Shown: piece after piece, positions 18,718-29,690 of the stretch | Layout: each line of letters starts with the position of its first letter | Position numbering within the stretch: the stretch's first letter is position 1 | The notes under the pieces: generated by a model | Told to the model about the DNA's origin: nothing | Databases searched by the model: none | What the model saw: only the letters and a program-made list of their open reading frames with translations | Assembly: GCA_963822585.1 (NCBI GenBank) | Contig: CAWGIE010000019.1 | Span: 256,001-320,000, forward strand | From: an uncultured bacterium | GTDB taxonomy: Bacteria > Auribacterota > Erginobacteria > Erginobacterales > Erginobacteraceae | DNA length: 64,000 nucleotides | Direction: 5' to 3' | Translations under genes and position numbers: made by a program

Positions 18718-19947
18718 TCATCCCTCGCCCCCGGCGCCGCCGTCACACTCATCGATGGAGGGGCGCCCCGTGACCGCTTCCAGGATCTGGCTGCTGACCG
18801 GCGGACAGCCGGGGATAAAAAGTCCCCGGCCCTGGTGGCGGAGGGTGCAGTTCCCGATACAGAGGGTACCCTCCGGCACCTCCCGGTGACCCCGGCCGAT
18901 CGCGATCCGGATGGGGGTGCCCGGGGGAAAATAATCGAAGAGGCGTTTCCCGTACCCTTTCAGGAAGAGCAGAAGCGTGGACTGGCAGGCGCTGCAGGAA
19001 TTCTCATCCAGGACGGTAATCCCCGGAAAGGCGACTGAAAGATTGACCGGCGGGGGAGCGAAAGGGCTGATCCAGTCCCGCCAGCAATGAGGGGAGACGG
19101 CGAGTCGCTCCAGGGCGATCACCCCGTACCCGCGCCCGGCGCCGAGACGGAGATGGGGGATGTCCTCCGCCCGGGTACCCATCAGCCGGCAGGCGACGGC
19201 ATCGGCGGCGAAGGGGTCCGCGCTCACCACGACCACGCCCAGCGGGCGCGGTTCCCCGGCGCTGGGCCCCATCCCTTCCATCCCCACCGTGCCGTCGATA
19301 ATGGAGAGATGCGGCCGGAGCACCCCGGCCAGGTCGGCGATCGCGACGTCGATCGGTTTTTCATCGCTCCCGGCGACCGGCGGCAGCATGTGGAGTCCGA
19401 CCTTGCTCCGTCGCCAGAGGCAGCCCTTCATGTTCTTGACCGCCAGCGTCACCCCGGTGTGCATGTGCATCTTCATGACCGGGATGGAGACGAGGAAGTC
19501 GAAAGCCAGCGCCTCCGAGCAGACCCGGAGCGAATCGATGGCGAGGCCCCCGGGGACCGGCAGCTCATTGAACTCTTCCGCGTCCAGGTCGATCAGCCGG
19601 CAGCCGCGCTCGCGCGCGATCGCGGCGATGCCGGTGCTGGCAAAGGCTTCAAGCGTTTTTACACCCACGATCGGGCTTTCCCCGATCTCCGGCTCCGCTC
19701 CCGCTTCCCGGAAGGCGTCGACGGCGGCGGCCACCACCTCCGGGTCGGTGGTGATGCCTTTCCCGGGGGGAGCTATCCTCCCGGCATTGGGCTTGAGCAG
19801 AACCCGTTTTCCCCGGGCCGGGGAGAGGTCCACCCGGGAGAGGGCGGCCCGGGCGTTGGCGTAGGCCCCCCCTCCCCCGGCGACAAAGACCGCCGGGCGA
19901 TCCGGGGAAATAAGAAAAGGATTACCGGTTGGTCCGCGGGTTGCCAT
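18718..19947 (-). CDS. DUF362-domain (putative Fe-S) protein
   Basis: VLLKPN, TDPEVV, IGES, KMH..TGVTLAVKNMKG, DG..GMEGMGP, D..A.D; C-terminal CSAC, GNC, GCPP. Confidence 0.85.
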   Translation of the reverse strand: MATRGPTGNPFLISPDRPAVFVAGGGGAYANARAALSRVDLSPARGKRVLLKPNAGRIAPPGKGITTDPEVVAAAVDAFREAGAEPEIGESPIVGVKTLEAFASTGIAAIARERGCRLIDLDAEEFNELPVPGGLAIDSLRVCSEALAFDFLVSIPVMKMHMHTGVTLAVKNMKGCLWRRSKVGLHMLPPVAGSDEKPIDVAIADLAGVLRPHLSIIDGTVGMEGMGPSAGEPRPLGVVVVSADPFAADAVACRLMGTRAEDIPHLRLGAGRGYGVIALERLAVSPHCWRDWISPFAPPPVNLSVAFPGITVLDENSCSACQSTLLLFLKGYGKRLFDYFPPGTPIRIAIGRGHREVPEGTLCIGNCTLRHQGRGLFIPGCPPVSSQILEAVTGRPSIDECDGGAGGEG

Positions 19948-20009
19948 TGCCGGGTCTTGTCTCCGTGTATACCGCCGCGCAGGTGGAAGCGCGTAAAATC
20001 ATGCTATAC

Positions 20010-20224
20010 CCTGCTCGAAAAGGATTTCGAGCAGGAAATCCTAAATAAATCCAAAATCCAAATGATCAAATGTTTCAAATCTCGCCGGTTTTAACCCATT
20101 GTTTTGGATTTTTTAGTTTGGTCATTTGATATTATTTAGGATTTAGTATTTTCCGCCAGAGGCGGATCAGCCTTTGGCTGAAGATATTAGGATTTGAGAG
20201 CTGACTAGCTTTTCGAGTAAGCTC
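20010..20224. mobile_element. ~215-bp repeat element, copy 1 (inverted copy at 34415-34651)
   Basis: CCTGCTCGAAA hairpin, AAATCC/GGATTT periodic arms and an embedded CCGCCAGAGGCGGATCAGCCTTTGGCTG. Confidence 0.75.
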
Positions 20225-20324
20225 ATACTATACTAATACCGTTTCACCTTCCACATCTTAACCTGTATTCTTCGGGAAATAAGACCTGCTCGACAGATGA
20301 AACTTCGCGGGGCATACTATCTTC

Positions 20325-21074
20325 ATGCTGAATCGCCGGGTATATCAGCTTCTTTTCTACGCTTACGCCCTCCTGGCCGCGCCCTGGTTCGCGGGAAACC
20401 TGCGAGCGGCTTTTGAGAACCGTGAGGTCTTCCTCCTCCCCGGCCTGATCATTCTTCTCGCGCTGATCGCCGAGACCGTCGCCCTGCCCTGGGCGTTTCG
20501 CCGCTGGCATTCCGCTGCCGGCGGGAAGTCCGGCATTCCTCTCCAGCTCGGCGCCGCCATCTGCATCTCCCACGCCATCCTGACCTACTTCCTCGGGATC
20601 TATTTGCTCGACGCCTTCGGGGTGATGGGCGTGGGAACGGCGGGTGATGGACAGGCGTTTTGGATGGCGGCGACCTTCATCCTCCTTTTCTTCCGTGAAA
20701 GTTATCTTTTCTTCGCGACCGGGGTGGCCCTCCGCTCGGTGAAGCCCGTTTCGAAGGGGCAGGATATCGCGGTCGGAATCCTCCTCCTCTTCTTCCGCTG
20801 CGTCGCCTACACTTCCTACTGGGACGTGATGATGGCGGTCGGCCCGGTCCGGGGTATGCATTCGGCCGTCTGGATCGTCCTCGGTCCGGCGCTGGTTCTG
20901 ATCTTCTATATTATCTATCTACCGATCCGGATGACCGATCTCCTGGGAGCATACTACACGGAAGGGGCGGTGGCGGGGAGGCGGGAGACCCGGCGTCTGC
21001 TCGTCTCCGGGGCCGTCCTTGCTCTCTACCCGGTCTTCGGGCCCGGGCTGATAGCCCTGGTCACCGGACGCTGA
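20325..21074 (+). CDS. Hypothetical multi-pass membrane protein
   Basis: About 7 hydrophobic segments; GC3-rich codons. Confidence 0.7.
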   Translation: MLNRRVYQLLFYAYALLAAPWFAGNLRAAFENREVFLLPGLIILLALIAETVALPWAFRRWHSAAGGKSGIPLQLGAAICISHAILTYFLGIYLLDAFGVMGVGTAGDGQAFWMAATFILLFFRESYLFFATGVALRSVKPVSKGQDIAVGILLLFFRCVAYTSYWDVMMAVGPVRGMHSAVWIVLGPALVLIFYIIYLPIRMTDLLGAYYTEGAVAGRRETRRLLVSGAVLALYPVFGPGLIALVTGR

Positions 21075-21083
21075 TCGCGGCGG

Positions 21084-21581
21084 TCACTCTTCGGGGGCGT
21101 CGGGTTCCGCGGTCTCCTCGGGTTCGGGGATGATGCCGAAGTGCAGCCCGAGGACATCCCGCATCCGCTCGTTGAGTTTTTCCGCCTCCTCATCCGGGAG
21201 ATCAGGATCGATCTCGATCTTGAAACCGTCCGCCGCGTTCTGGATAAGGAGTGTCCCCGCCAGGAAATAGGGAAAAAGTTCCGGGTCGTTCTCCAGCTGT
21301 TTCCGGATCTTCTCCCTTTCTTCCCAGAGCCAGCGCGCCGCCTCGTCCCCTTCCTCCGGTTTCTGCTGGAGTACGGCCCGGACCCGGGCCAGGATAAAAT
21401 CCCTGGTGGTCGGCGAAAGCGCGGAGTCGAACCACATGAAATCGTCCTCCGGCCGGTCCACCATTTTAAAGACCCCGTCCTCGAAATAGGGCAAAAGGAG
21501 CGGGTCGCGCCGCAGTACCCGTTCCACCACGGTGGCGATGAAGCGGTTCTCCTCCCTGAAATCTCTTTCTTCCGGGTGCAT
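21084..21581 (-). CDS. Hypothetical acidic protein with internal duplication (DP.L.PYF..G)
   Basis: RDPLLLPYFEDG and NDPELFPYFLAG repeats; typical codon usage. Confidence 0.7.
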   Translation of the reverse strand: MHPEERDFREENRFIATVVERVLRRDPLLLPYFEDGVFKMVDRPEDDFMWFDSALSPTTRDFILARVRAVLQQKPEEGDEAARWLWEEREKIRKQLENDPELFPYFLAGTLLIQNAADGFKIEIDPDLPDEEAEKLNERMRDVLGLHFGIIPEPEETAEPDAPEE

Positions 21582-21726
21582 GGTGCCTTCCGGCGGTTCG
21601 TGACGATGTTTATCCGGGGTTATACGCCTATCCGGGTGTTCGCGTAAGGGTATTTTATTCGGTTCTCTTCCATTTTGTGTGGGCGGTTATTATACTCAAA
21701 AAGTGCGGCATTTTCTTGAGCTATTT

Positions 21727-21778
21727 TGGAGTGCATTGACCGTGTCAATGCATGCAGCGACATGGTCGCTGCACTCCA
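21727..21778. repeat. REP-like doublet (GGAG foot)
   Basis: TGGAGTGCATTGAC..GTCAATGCA / TGCAGCGAC..GTCGCTGCACTCCA. Confidence 0.65.
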
Positions 21779-21843
21779 TAAGAATCATAATGTACCCACA
21801 CAAAATGGAAAAGAACCTCTTATTGTAATACCCCCTGGGGCCG

Positions 21844-23532
21844 TCACGTGATCAGCACGATCACGATCCCCCAGATGATCAGGAGCGTGTTGCTGATCGC
21901 GTAGGGGACGGTGTACCCGAGCGCCGGGACCTGGCTCTTGGCCGCTTCGGTGATCGCCCCCAGGGCCGCGGTGGTCACCCGGGCCCCGGCGTTGACGCCC
22001 AGATTGATCGGGGGATCGAACTTGAAAATATAGCGCCCGATCAGAACCCCGGCGATCATCGGGATCGAGGTCGCGGCCACCCCGGCGATGAAGAGGGCCA
22101 ACCCCAATTCCTTGAACCCGGTCACGAAACTTGGCCCCGAGTCGATCCCGACCACGGCGATGAACATCGTCAGCCCCACCGAGTTCATGATCCAGAGCGC
22201 CGGGGCCGGTATCCGCCCGAAGGTGGGGTGAACCGACCGCAGCCAGCCGAAAATCAGCCCGGCGATCAGGGCGCCCCCGCTGGTCGAGAGCGAGAGCGAG
22301 ACGCCCCCGATCCGGACCGCCAGCGCCCCCACCAATCCTCCCAGGAGGATCCCGAAACCGACGAAAACCATGTCGGTCATCGTGGTCTCCCGGTCGGGAT
22401 AGCCGATTTTGGTGGCGATTTGATCCACGTCCTTGACCGCCCCTACCAACCGCAGCCGATCGCCGCGGTTGAGTTTCAAGCCCGCGTTCACCGGCAGTTC
22501 CTGCCCGGCCCGGATGACCTGGCGCAGGAAGACCCCGTGAAAAGCCTTGCGCACCAGGTCGGAGGAAGCGAGCTCGCCCAACGTCTTGCCGGCCACCTTC
22601 TTGTTGGTCAGGACCACGTCCAGCCGCTCTATCGGGACATCGAGAAGCTGGCGGTCCTCGACTTCGGGCCCGAATATCTTCTCCCCCTCTCTGACCAGGA
22701 CCGCGTGGGAGCCGGCCACGGCGATGATATCGCCCTGCCGCAGAACCGTCTCCGGGGTGGCCGGGATCAGTTCCCCGTCCCGGTGGACGCGCTCGATCTC
22801 CAGACGATCACCCCGGCAGATATTCTCCGCCTCATCCACCGTCTTTCCGTCAAGCTCCTCGTTCTCCAGCCGGTAGCTCCGGGCAGTAAAAACCCGGTAG
22901 GCGGAGAGACCGTCCATCTCCTTCCCCCCCGACATCTTCTTCTCGTATTCCCGACAGGCGTCGGGGAGATTGACCCCCAGGAGTTTCGGCCCCAGGACGG
23001 CCAGGATCCAGGCCGTCCCCGCCGTCCCGAAGATGTAGGTCACCGCGTAGGCCACCGGGATGTGGTTGATCATCGTTTTCGTCTGGGCGGCCTGAAGACC
23101 CAGGTTATTGATGGTGTTCGTCCCCACCCCGATCACCGCCGAGATGGTCTGCGAACCGGCGAAGAGACCGGCGGCCGTCCCGGGATCGAAACCGGCCAGT
23201 TTGGCCGCGATCCAGGTCACGGCCAGGCAGAGGACGCAGATGACGACCGCGAAGATGACCTGGGGGAAGCCGTCGCTCTTCAGACCCCGGAAGAACTGGG
23301 GCCCCACACTGTAGCCGACCGCGAAGAGGAACAGCAGGAAGAAGACCTGTTTGACGTCGGGGGAGACCTTGATCCCCAACTGCCCGACCAGAACCCCCAT
23401 CAGGAGGGTCCCGGTCACGGCGCCCAGGCTGAAGCCGCCGATCTTGATGTTGCCGATCCAGTATCCCAGTCCCAGGGTGAGAAAGATCGCCAGTTCCGGA
23501 TACGTCCGCAGGGTGTCAATCAACCAGTGCAT
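21844..23532 (-). CDS. aspT: Aspartate:alanine antiporter (AAE family, TrkA-C domains)
   Basis: PELAIFLTL, FLFAVGYSVGPQFF, VAYAVTYIFGT, LGYTVPYAISN. Confidence 0.9.
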   Translation of the reverse strand: MHWLIDTLRTYPELAIFLTLGLGYWIGNIKIGGFSLGAVTGTLLMGVLVGQLGIKVSPDVKQVFFLLFLFAVGYSVGPQFFRGLKSDGFPQVIFAVVICVLCLAVTWIAAKLAGFDPGTAAGLFAGSQTISAVIGVGTNTINNLGLQAAQTKTMINHIPVAYAVTYIFGTAGTAWILAVLGPKLLGVNLPDACREYEKKMSGGKEMDGLSAYRVFTARSYRLENEELDGKTVDEAENICRGDRLEIERVHRDGELIPATPETVLRQGDIIAVAGSHAVLVREGEKIFGPEVEDRQLLDVPIERLDVVLTNKKVAGKTLGELASSDLVRKAFHGVFLRQVIRAGQELPVNAGLKLNRGDRLRLVGAVKDVDQIATKIGYPDRETTMTDMVFVGFGILLGGLVGALAVRIGGVSLSLSTSGGALIAGLIFGWLRSVHPTFGRIPAPALWIMNSVGLTMFIAVVGIDSGPSFVTGFKELGLALFIAGVAATSIPMIAGVLIGRYIFKFDPPINLGVNAGARVTTAALGAITEAAKSQVPALGYTVPYAISNTLLIIWGIVIVLIT

Positions 23533-23696
23533 CGCGCCCTCCTAAAATCATGGAGTGTTGGAGTGCTGGAATAATGGAGAAGGGGAGACCGGTACTCCAT
23601 TATTCCGTGTTTATGATTTCAATTCAGTTTCTGCACTAAAGGTAAGCCCCTGTCATATAACAAAAGCTAACTATCTTGTGGTGGCTGCTTGTCCGC

Positions 23697-23750
23697 CTGT
23701 TTCGGAATTTCAATAATCGGAGTTTTCCGATTATTGAAATTCCGAAACAG
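23697..23750. repeat. Perfect palindrome with 25-bp arms (family member at 56124-56178)
   Basis: CTGTTTCGGAATTTCAATAATCGGA-GTTT-TCCGATTATTGAAATTCCGAAACAG. Confidence 0.9.
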
Positions 23751-23820
23751 CAAGGAAATCATCCTATCAGGGAGGATCGGGCCGGGCAATGAAAAGGAGG
23801 GGGTACCGGTAAGCAAGCGC

Positions 23821-24582
23821 TCACGGCAGCCGCTTTTCCCGACCCGTCTTCTCGCCGAGGAGATCTTGGAAACGGAGAGCGTCCTCCCACATGCTCGTGT
23901 TGTTGAAAAGGCAATAGGTATCCCGTCCGGGCGGGATCATGTTTTCCAGCATCTTCAGGTCGCCGGCGGTGTAGCGGTAACGATAACCGCCGATACCGTG
24001 CAGGCGGTAATAGGCGACCTCCCCGGAGATCTGACGGTTCCGGAAAGGATCGACAACGTGGATCAGGTCGGCCTGCCGGCAAAGCCGTTTAATGGTGCTC
24101 TCCTCCCACTTACCCCGGGGCTCCCAGCCCAGAAGAAAATCTTTCCGGTCGATGGCTGAGAAGAAAGAGAGAAGGTTCTTCTCATTCTCCGGAGTGGGCT
24201 GAAAACTGGCCGGGCACTGAAAGACGATGACCGGGGCCCGGAGTGCGGACGCGATCGCCTCGGTCGTCCGCCAGGCCGCCATCACCTCTTCGGTGGGGCG
24301 GAAGAAGCCGTACTTTTCCCGATCGGCCGCGGCGATCGGATGCCCCAGCCGGCGATAGGTGGGAGATGATGGGGGATGGGTGATCAGCTGCCAGGCCTTA
24401 AGCGTGAACCGGAAGTTATCCGGAGCTTCCTCCCTCCACCGGATGGCCGTTGCCATCCGGGGCGGACGGTAAAAGGTCTGCTGGATCTCGATCAGGGAGA
24501 AATGCCGCCAGTACGTCCCCTGGGCGCGGGAGAAGCCGCAGCATCCGACCTCGATCGGTTCTTTCCCCTCACTTTTTTTCAT
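23821..24582 (-). CDS. DUF72 (YecE-like) protein
   Basis: VGCCGF, EIQQTFY, FTLKAWQLITH, FQCPASF, WEPRG, YYRLHG, LFNN. Confidence 0.9.
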   Translation of the reverse strand: MKKSEGKEPIEVGCCGFSRAQGTYWRHFSLIEIQQTFYRPPRMATAIRWREEAPDNFRFTLKAWQLITHPPSSPTYRRLGHPIAAADREKYGFFRPTEEVMAAWRTTEAIASALRAPVIVFQCPASFQPTPENEKNLLSFFSAIDRKDFLLGWEPRGKWEESTIKRLCRQADLIHVVDPFRNRQISGEVAYYRLHGIGGYRYRYTAGDLKMLENMIPPGRDTYCLFNNTSMWEDALRFQDLLGEKTGREKRLP

Positions 24583-24904
24583 TTCAGATTGACACGCGTC
24601 AATGAGTAATTTCAGACGGAAAAAACCTCAGCTCCGAAACTTTTTTTGCCTCTGATTATTCATTAATTCACCCCGGCTTCGCCCCTTTTCAGCACCTGAT
24701 TTACCTGATTACTCTGATTTTTCCTTTTTCAGAACAATCAGAGTAATCAGGTGCTCAATTCTACGTCAACAGAAAAGCCCCGGAGGCGAATCGACTCCGG
24801 GGCTTCTCAGGAGAAAAACAATGAAAAATATTTGATTTTCACGGATAATACGGATGATTGTTGTTTCCTGATCCAACCCGATTATTTTTTCCGGCATTTT
24901 TCTT

Positions 24905-25156
24905 ATGAAGCGAAAAATATCATGGACCCGGCGCGCCGCGGACGGCGTCAAGCGGGAAGTGCGGGTGGTGGTCTCCCGGGGCGATATCAAATGGCAGTTC
25001 AAGCGGGCTGACGAAGAACGCTGGGACTACGACAGCGCCCCGACCGAAGAGGAGTGGGACATCCTGGAGGAGATCCTCAAACGCCGGATGCACCGGGGAA
25101 GAGGCATCAACCTGATGGAATCCGTGCGCAAGCTCCGGAAGGCGGACGGTGCCTGA
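24905..25156 (+). CDS. Small hypothetical protein
   Basis: Typical codon usage; overlaps the start of the next gene. Confidence 0.7.
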   Translation: MKRKISWTRRAADGVKREVRVVVSRGDIKWQFKRADEERWDYDSAPTEEEWDILEEILKRRMHRGRGINLMESVRKLRKADGA

Positions 25157-26270
25157 GATCCGGCAGTTTCTGGCCTCCGCCATCCCGGGCACCGAGCCGG
25201 CACTCTGCGAGGAGCTGCGGGAACTCGGTTTCTCCGGTGTGCGGCTCAACCGCGGAGGCATCCCCTTCCGGGGGACCTGGCGGGAGGGATGGCGCGCCTG
25301 CCTGGTCAGCCGGATCGCCCAGCGCGTCCGGGTGCTTCTCCATCGATTTCCCGCCGCCGATGAAGATGCTCTCTACGCCGGTGTGCGGGCGGTGGACTGG
25401 CGTCCCTTTCTGTCCTGGCGGCAGACCCTCTCGACGGGGGCCGTCTGCCGCGCATCCGCCATCCGGCACAGCGGATTCGCGGCCCTCAAAGTCAAGGACG
25501 CGATCGTCGATCAGATCCGTGACCACGGCGGGAAACGCCCCTCGGTTTCGCGCCCGGACCCGGACGTCCGCGTTTATCTCTACCTGGTGGAAGACCGGGC
25601 ATCGATCTACCTGGACCTCTCCGGCGAGTCCCTCCACCGGCGAGGATACCGCCTCCAGACCGGCGAGGCGCCGCTCCGGGAGACCCTGGCCGCCGCCATC
25701 CTCCGACTCTCCGGCTGGGACCGCGCCTCTCCTCTTGTTGATCCCCTCTGCGGGTCGGGCACGATCGCGATCGAGGCCGCCCTCTGGGCGGCCGGCCGGG
25801 CGCCCGGGCTCGGCCGTGAGCGGTTCGGCTTCGAGCGCTGGGCCAACTTTGGTGAGGAAGAGAAGCGAGCAATGCGCGAACTCCGGGGGGAACTGCGCGG
25901 AACCGGCTGCGGGAAAGAAACCCGCATCCGGGGTTCCGACCTCGATGAGCAGGTTCTCGAGGCCGCCCGGGCGAACGCGCGGCGGGCCGGGGTCCGGATC
26001 TCCCTCCGACGCCGCTCGGTCTTCGACCTGCAGGGGGACGAGACCAAAACCTTCCTCGTCACCAACCCTCCCTACGGCGTCCGGCTCGGCGCCGATCCCG
26101 ATTTCTGCCGCCGGGTCGGGGCCGTCTTCAGCCGGCTCCACGGCTGGCGGGGCTGCCTGCTGGCCGGATCCCCGGACTACGAGCGCTCGATCTCCCTCCG
26201 TCCCCGGCTGAAAATCCCGCTCCCCAACGGGGACCTCCCCTGTGATTTCTTAGTGTACGATATCCCCTGA
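25149..26270 (+). CDS. THUMP-domain RNA methyltransferase (RlmL-like)
   Basis: SGESLHRRGYR, APLRETLAAA, DPLCGSGTIAIEAA, TNPPYG. Confidence 0.9.
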   Translation: MPEIRQFLASAIPGTEPALCEELRELGFSGVRLNRGGIPFRGTWREGWRACLVSRIAQRVRVLLHRFPAADEDALYAGVRAVDWRPFLSWRQTLSTGAVCRASAIRHSGFAALKVKDAIVDQIRDHGGKRPSVSRPDPDVRVYLYLVEDRASIYLDLSGESLHRRGYRLQTGEAPLRETLAAAILRLSGWDRASPLVDPLCGSGTIAIEAALWAAGRAPGLGRERFGFERWANFGEEEKRAMRELRGELRGTGCGKETRIRGSDLDEQVLEAARANARRAGVRISLRRRSVFDLQGDETKTFLVTNPPYGVRLGADPDFCRRVGAVFSRLHGWRGCLLAGSPDYERSISLRPRLKIPLPNGDLPCDFLVYDIP

Positions 26271-26537
26271 TCGACAGCCGGGTTTTTTATTCGCGGAACG
26301 AGATTTCGGCCAGGACCGGGCAGTGGTCGGAGAGAAAGGTCCACCTGATTCGGGAACTATCCGCTTCCAAACCGGGCGAGACCCAGATCTGATCGAGGAC
26401 ACGATACCCGATAAGGTGCGGCTTTTGATCGATAGGATGTGGCCGGAGATCCGGCTTCCCCAGCCGATCCCCGCCAAGACAGGCCGGGACGGGGTAAGTA
26501 TATTATTACATTACTACCGCCGGCGGCAGCCGGTAGG

Positions 26538-27161
26538 TCATTGCGGTTCGCCCGGGGGGGATGACTCGACCGCCCACTCCCCTTTTCTTTCCTCCCCCGG
26601 CTGAGTCTGCCCTTCGGGGGCTGACCCCTGGCTTTCCGCTTTCAGCGCCTGCTGGCGAGCTTCATCCTCCTGCTGCCGGGCATCTATCTCCTGCTGGATT
26701 TTCCGTTCCAGTTCCGCTTCCTGCCGCTCCATCTCTTCATCGAGTTTCTTGAGGCGGCGCTCCTCCTCGGCCTGTTGTTTCTGTTGTTCCTGTTCTTCCC
26801 GCCGCGCCTGCTCTTCCAGTTCCCGTTGCTGCTGAGCATATTCCCGCGGGTGCTCTTTCTGCCACTTCAACTGGTCCTGAACGGCCTTCTGTTTGCTCTG
26901 CTCGGCGGTCTGGATTTTCGCCTTTTCTTCCGGTGGAAGAGCCGCTTTCTCAGAATAGGTAATGTCCTCGATTTTCTTCCGGGGGATTTTTTTGATGCCG
27001 TCCGCGGTCTGAATGGTCACGTACTCCAGGTCCTCTGCGATGATCTTCCCGGAGTAATTGAACGATTTTGTCCAGACAGTGTCCGGATAGGCGGTGGTGC
27101 ATAAGCCCAGAAATAGCACCGCCCCGGTAAACATCACCAGACCGACAGATCTATAACTCAT
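26538..27161 (-). CDS. Secreted coiled-coil hypothetical protein
   Basis: Signal peptide; E/Q/K-rich helical tail. Confidence 0.7.
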   Translation of the reverse strand: MSYRSVGLVMFTGAVLFLGLCTTAYPDTVWTKSFNYSGKIIAEDLEYVTIQTADGIKKIPRKKIEDITYSEKAALPPEEKAKIQTAEQSKQKAVQDQLKWQKEHPREYAQQQRELEEQARREEQEQQKQQAEEERRLKKLDEEMERQEAELERKIQQEIDARQQEDEARQQALKAESQGSAPEGQTQPGEERKGEWAVESSPPGEPQ

Positions 27162-27214
27162 CTCTGTTGAATCTCCTCCCGACAGGATGCGGCTTTCTGC
27201 GTCTCACCGGATAA

Positions 27215-27469
27215 TTATAGACGGTCGGGACGCCGGGGGAAAGTGAAAATATGGATCGACCGGTTCTTCCAGACCAGGCCCTGATTGTAGGGGGCGATGG
27301 GGATGAGATCCCGGGAGATTTTATCCGGTGTCGCGTCCCGGCTCGCGTCCTCTACCGCCGCGCTGTAATCCGTCCAGAGATCGGCCCGGACGGCCGGATC
27401 GCAAACACCAGAACTGAAAAGAACCGCCAGAACAGCTCCTATAATGGGATGAGAATACATCCAGCTCAT
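27215..27469 (-). pseudogene. Probably truncated secreted protein
   Basis: SD GGAGG; signal peptide followed by a short mature segment that decays into AT-rich sequence. Confidence 0.4.
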
Positions 27470-27544
27470 GACTGCCCTCCTTGGGCGCTTTGGCGCCTTT
27501 TTGCGGTTAATAAAAGCAGGCGACGCGGAGAGAAGGATGATGTT

Positions 27545-29690
27545 TCACCGGGTAACCGGAATATCCCCGCTCCGACCAAAGTAGACACGAAACAGATCAC
27601 GGACCGCCCAGAGGGCGGTGGTATCACGGAAGATCCCGGCGTCGTCCTTCCCGTCCCCGTCATAGTCGGCCGGCACCGGCTGATCGGCGTCGGCGCCGAA
27701 GTAGGCCCGTGTCACCCCTCTCACCGCCCATAAGCCCGCGGCCGGGCGGAAGATCGCGGGCGACCGGGTGCCGTCCCCGCTGTAATCCCCGGGGACCGGG
27801 GTATCCGAGTATGAACCGAAATAGGCCCTGGTCACCTTTCTGATCGCCCAAAGACCCGAAGATTCTCCGAAAGACGGCGATATCCAGCGGTCCCGTCGCC
27901 GTCGTAGTCGCCCGGAACCGGGAGGTCCGATGGAGAAGCGAAGTAAACCCGGGTCACGCCCCGGACCGCCCAGAGGCCGGTCCGGGATCGGAAGACCGCC
28001 GGCTCACACCGGCCGTCCCCGTCGTAGTCGGCCGGGACCGGGGTATCCGGGGAGGCGCCGAAGTAGAGCCGGGTGATGTCCCTCGGATTGCCCAGAGGCC
28101 GGCGGCGGGTCGGAAGATGCCCATCTCGGCGGCGGGGGCGCCGCCGTAAACACCAGGGACCGGGACATCGCCCCCGGCGCCGAAGTAAGCTCGCGTCACC
28201 CCTCTCACCGCCCAGAGACCGGAAGAGCCCCGGAAGACGGCGATATCGGAGGTCCCGTCGCCGTCGTAATCGCCGGAATCGGGCCGCGCCAGGGCATTGT
28301 ATTCATCGGCGCCCATGTCCACTTTTCCCCCGTCGATCCGGGGATCGCCATAATAATCATACTCTCCCCGGAGGTCCGGATCCGACATGTCCCCGGCATC
28401 AATCGCCGCTGAGCCGAACCTCAGATGAAAGTCATCTCCGTCCGGATCTTCCAGGAGAGGATCGACAAAAAGGGAGGCCGCGTCCTGGGAAGTTCCGGCG
28501 CGGTAGTTCTCGAACCCCGTGTAGAGCGTTCCCCGCCAGTCGACCTCGGCCGCCGACGGGCCGGCGGCGGCGTAATAGAGGTTGTTGTCGAAAGTATTGT
28601 CGACGCTGCCGGTCTCGGCGTGGATGAGGATGTTCTGGGGTCCCGCCCACACGACGTTGTTCCGAATCCGGTTTCCCCCAGCCCAGTTGACGGCGAACTC
28701 CCCATTCCCATCCTTAAGGGTATCGTTTTTATAGAGAGTGTTGCCGGTAAATTCGCAGTCGTTCACCCGGCCACGGGCCTGCTCGTAGCCGCCGAAGACA
28801 ATCCCCGCCTTGTCGTTATCATACACGATATTGTTGCGAACGATCACCCCGGTGACGTTATACCCGGGGTTTTCCGCCCCGATCTCGATCCCCAGGTCGC
28901 ACTCATGGACACTGTTCCCTTCAATGACGATGTCCCGGCCCCCGTCCACGTAGATGCCGGCCGCGTATCCGCCGCCGTAGTTGGAACGAGCCCGGTAAAC
29001 ATGGTTCCCGCGGCAGACCCCTTCCCGGGCCACACCGTAATTGCCGGTCCAGCTCTCGCCGCCGATGAAGTCGATGCCGATGTTGTTCACGTCGTGAACG
29101 GTATTGTTGGTGACCTCGAACCCGGTGACGTTGCCGTTCAGGACCAGTGCTTCGCTCTGGGCGGGCTCGCAGTCATGGATATAGTTTCCATCGATGACGA
29201 CCCGGGAGATCGGGGTGGCGCTGTTCCCCAGGATCATGATCCCGACGGCGTCCGAGCCGGTCAAGCCGTACATCCGGTTGTTTCTGATCTCGATCCGATC
29301 GCCCCATCCCCGGACCCGGATGCCGGCGCCGTCGGAGACGCCGTGGGAATTGGTGACCTCGATCCCGCTGATCTTGAGATAACTCCGGTTCTCGATCAAG
29401 ATCGCATCGGTGTCGGCGTTCGGATCGACGGTCACCGTCGCCCCCGTCCCGGCCCGGAGCGTGATATATCCTGAGATCTCCGACCCGCTCCGGGGAAAAA
29501 CAAGCGCCTCCGGGTAGGTACCGGTGAGCACGGTTACGATGTCGCCGGCATGGGCCGCGTTGAGGGCCTGCTGGATGCTCGCGTAGTCACCGCCGGAAGG
29601 GGAGACGATGATTTCGTTGCTGCGGGCCGGACAGGAGAGCAGGAAGATTGCCGGGAAACAGATGGAGAGGCATATTTGCGGCATCTTCAT
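27545..29690 (-). pseudogene. Secreted right-handed beta-helix protein with C-terminal FG-GAP-like repeats, split by 2-3 frameshifts (may be assembly indels)
   Basis: YASIQQAL, GIYVDGG, GIEIGAE, DFHL..GS.AIDAG, VDMGADE; the repeat consensus continues in other frames near 28080 and 27870-27890; ends PVTR. Confidence 0.75.

Noticed and set aside
12074..29690. Diversity-generating retroelement template/variable repeats among the FG-GAP-like repeats
   Set aside because: The differences do not appear adenine-specific and there is no reverse transcriptase in the window
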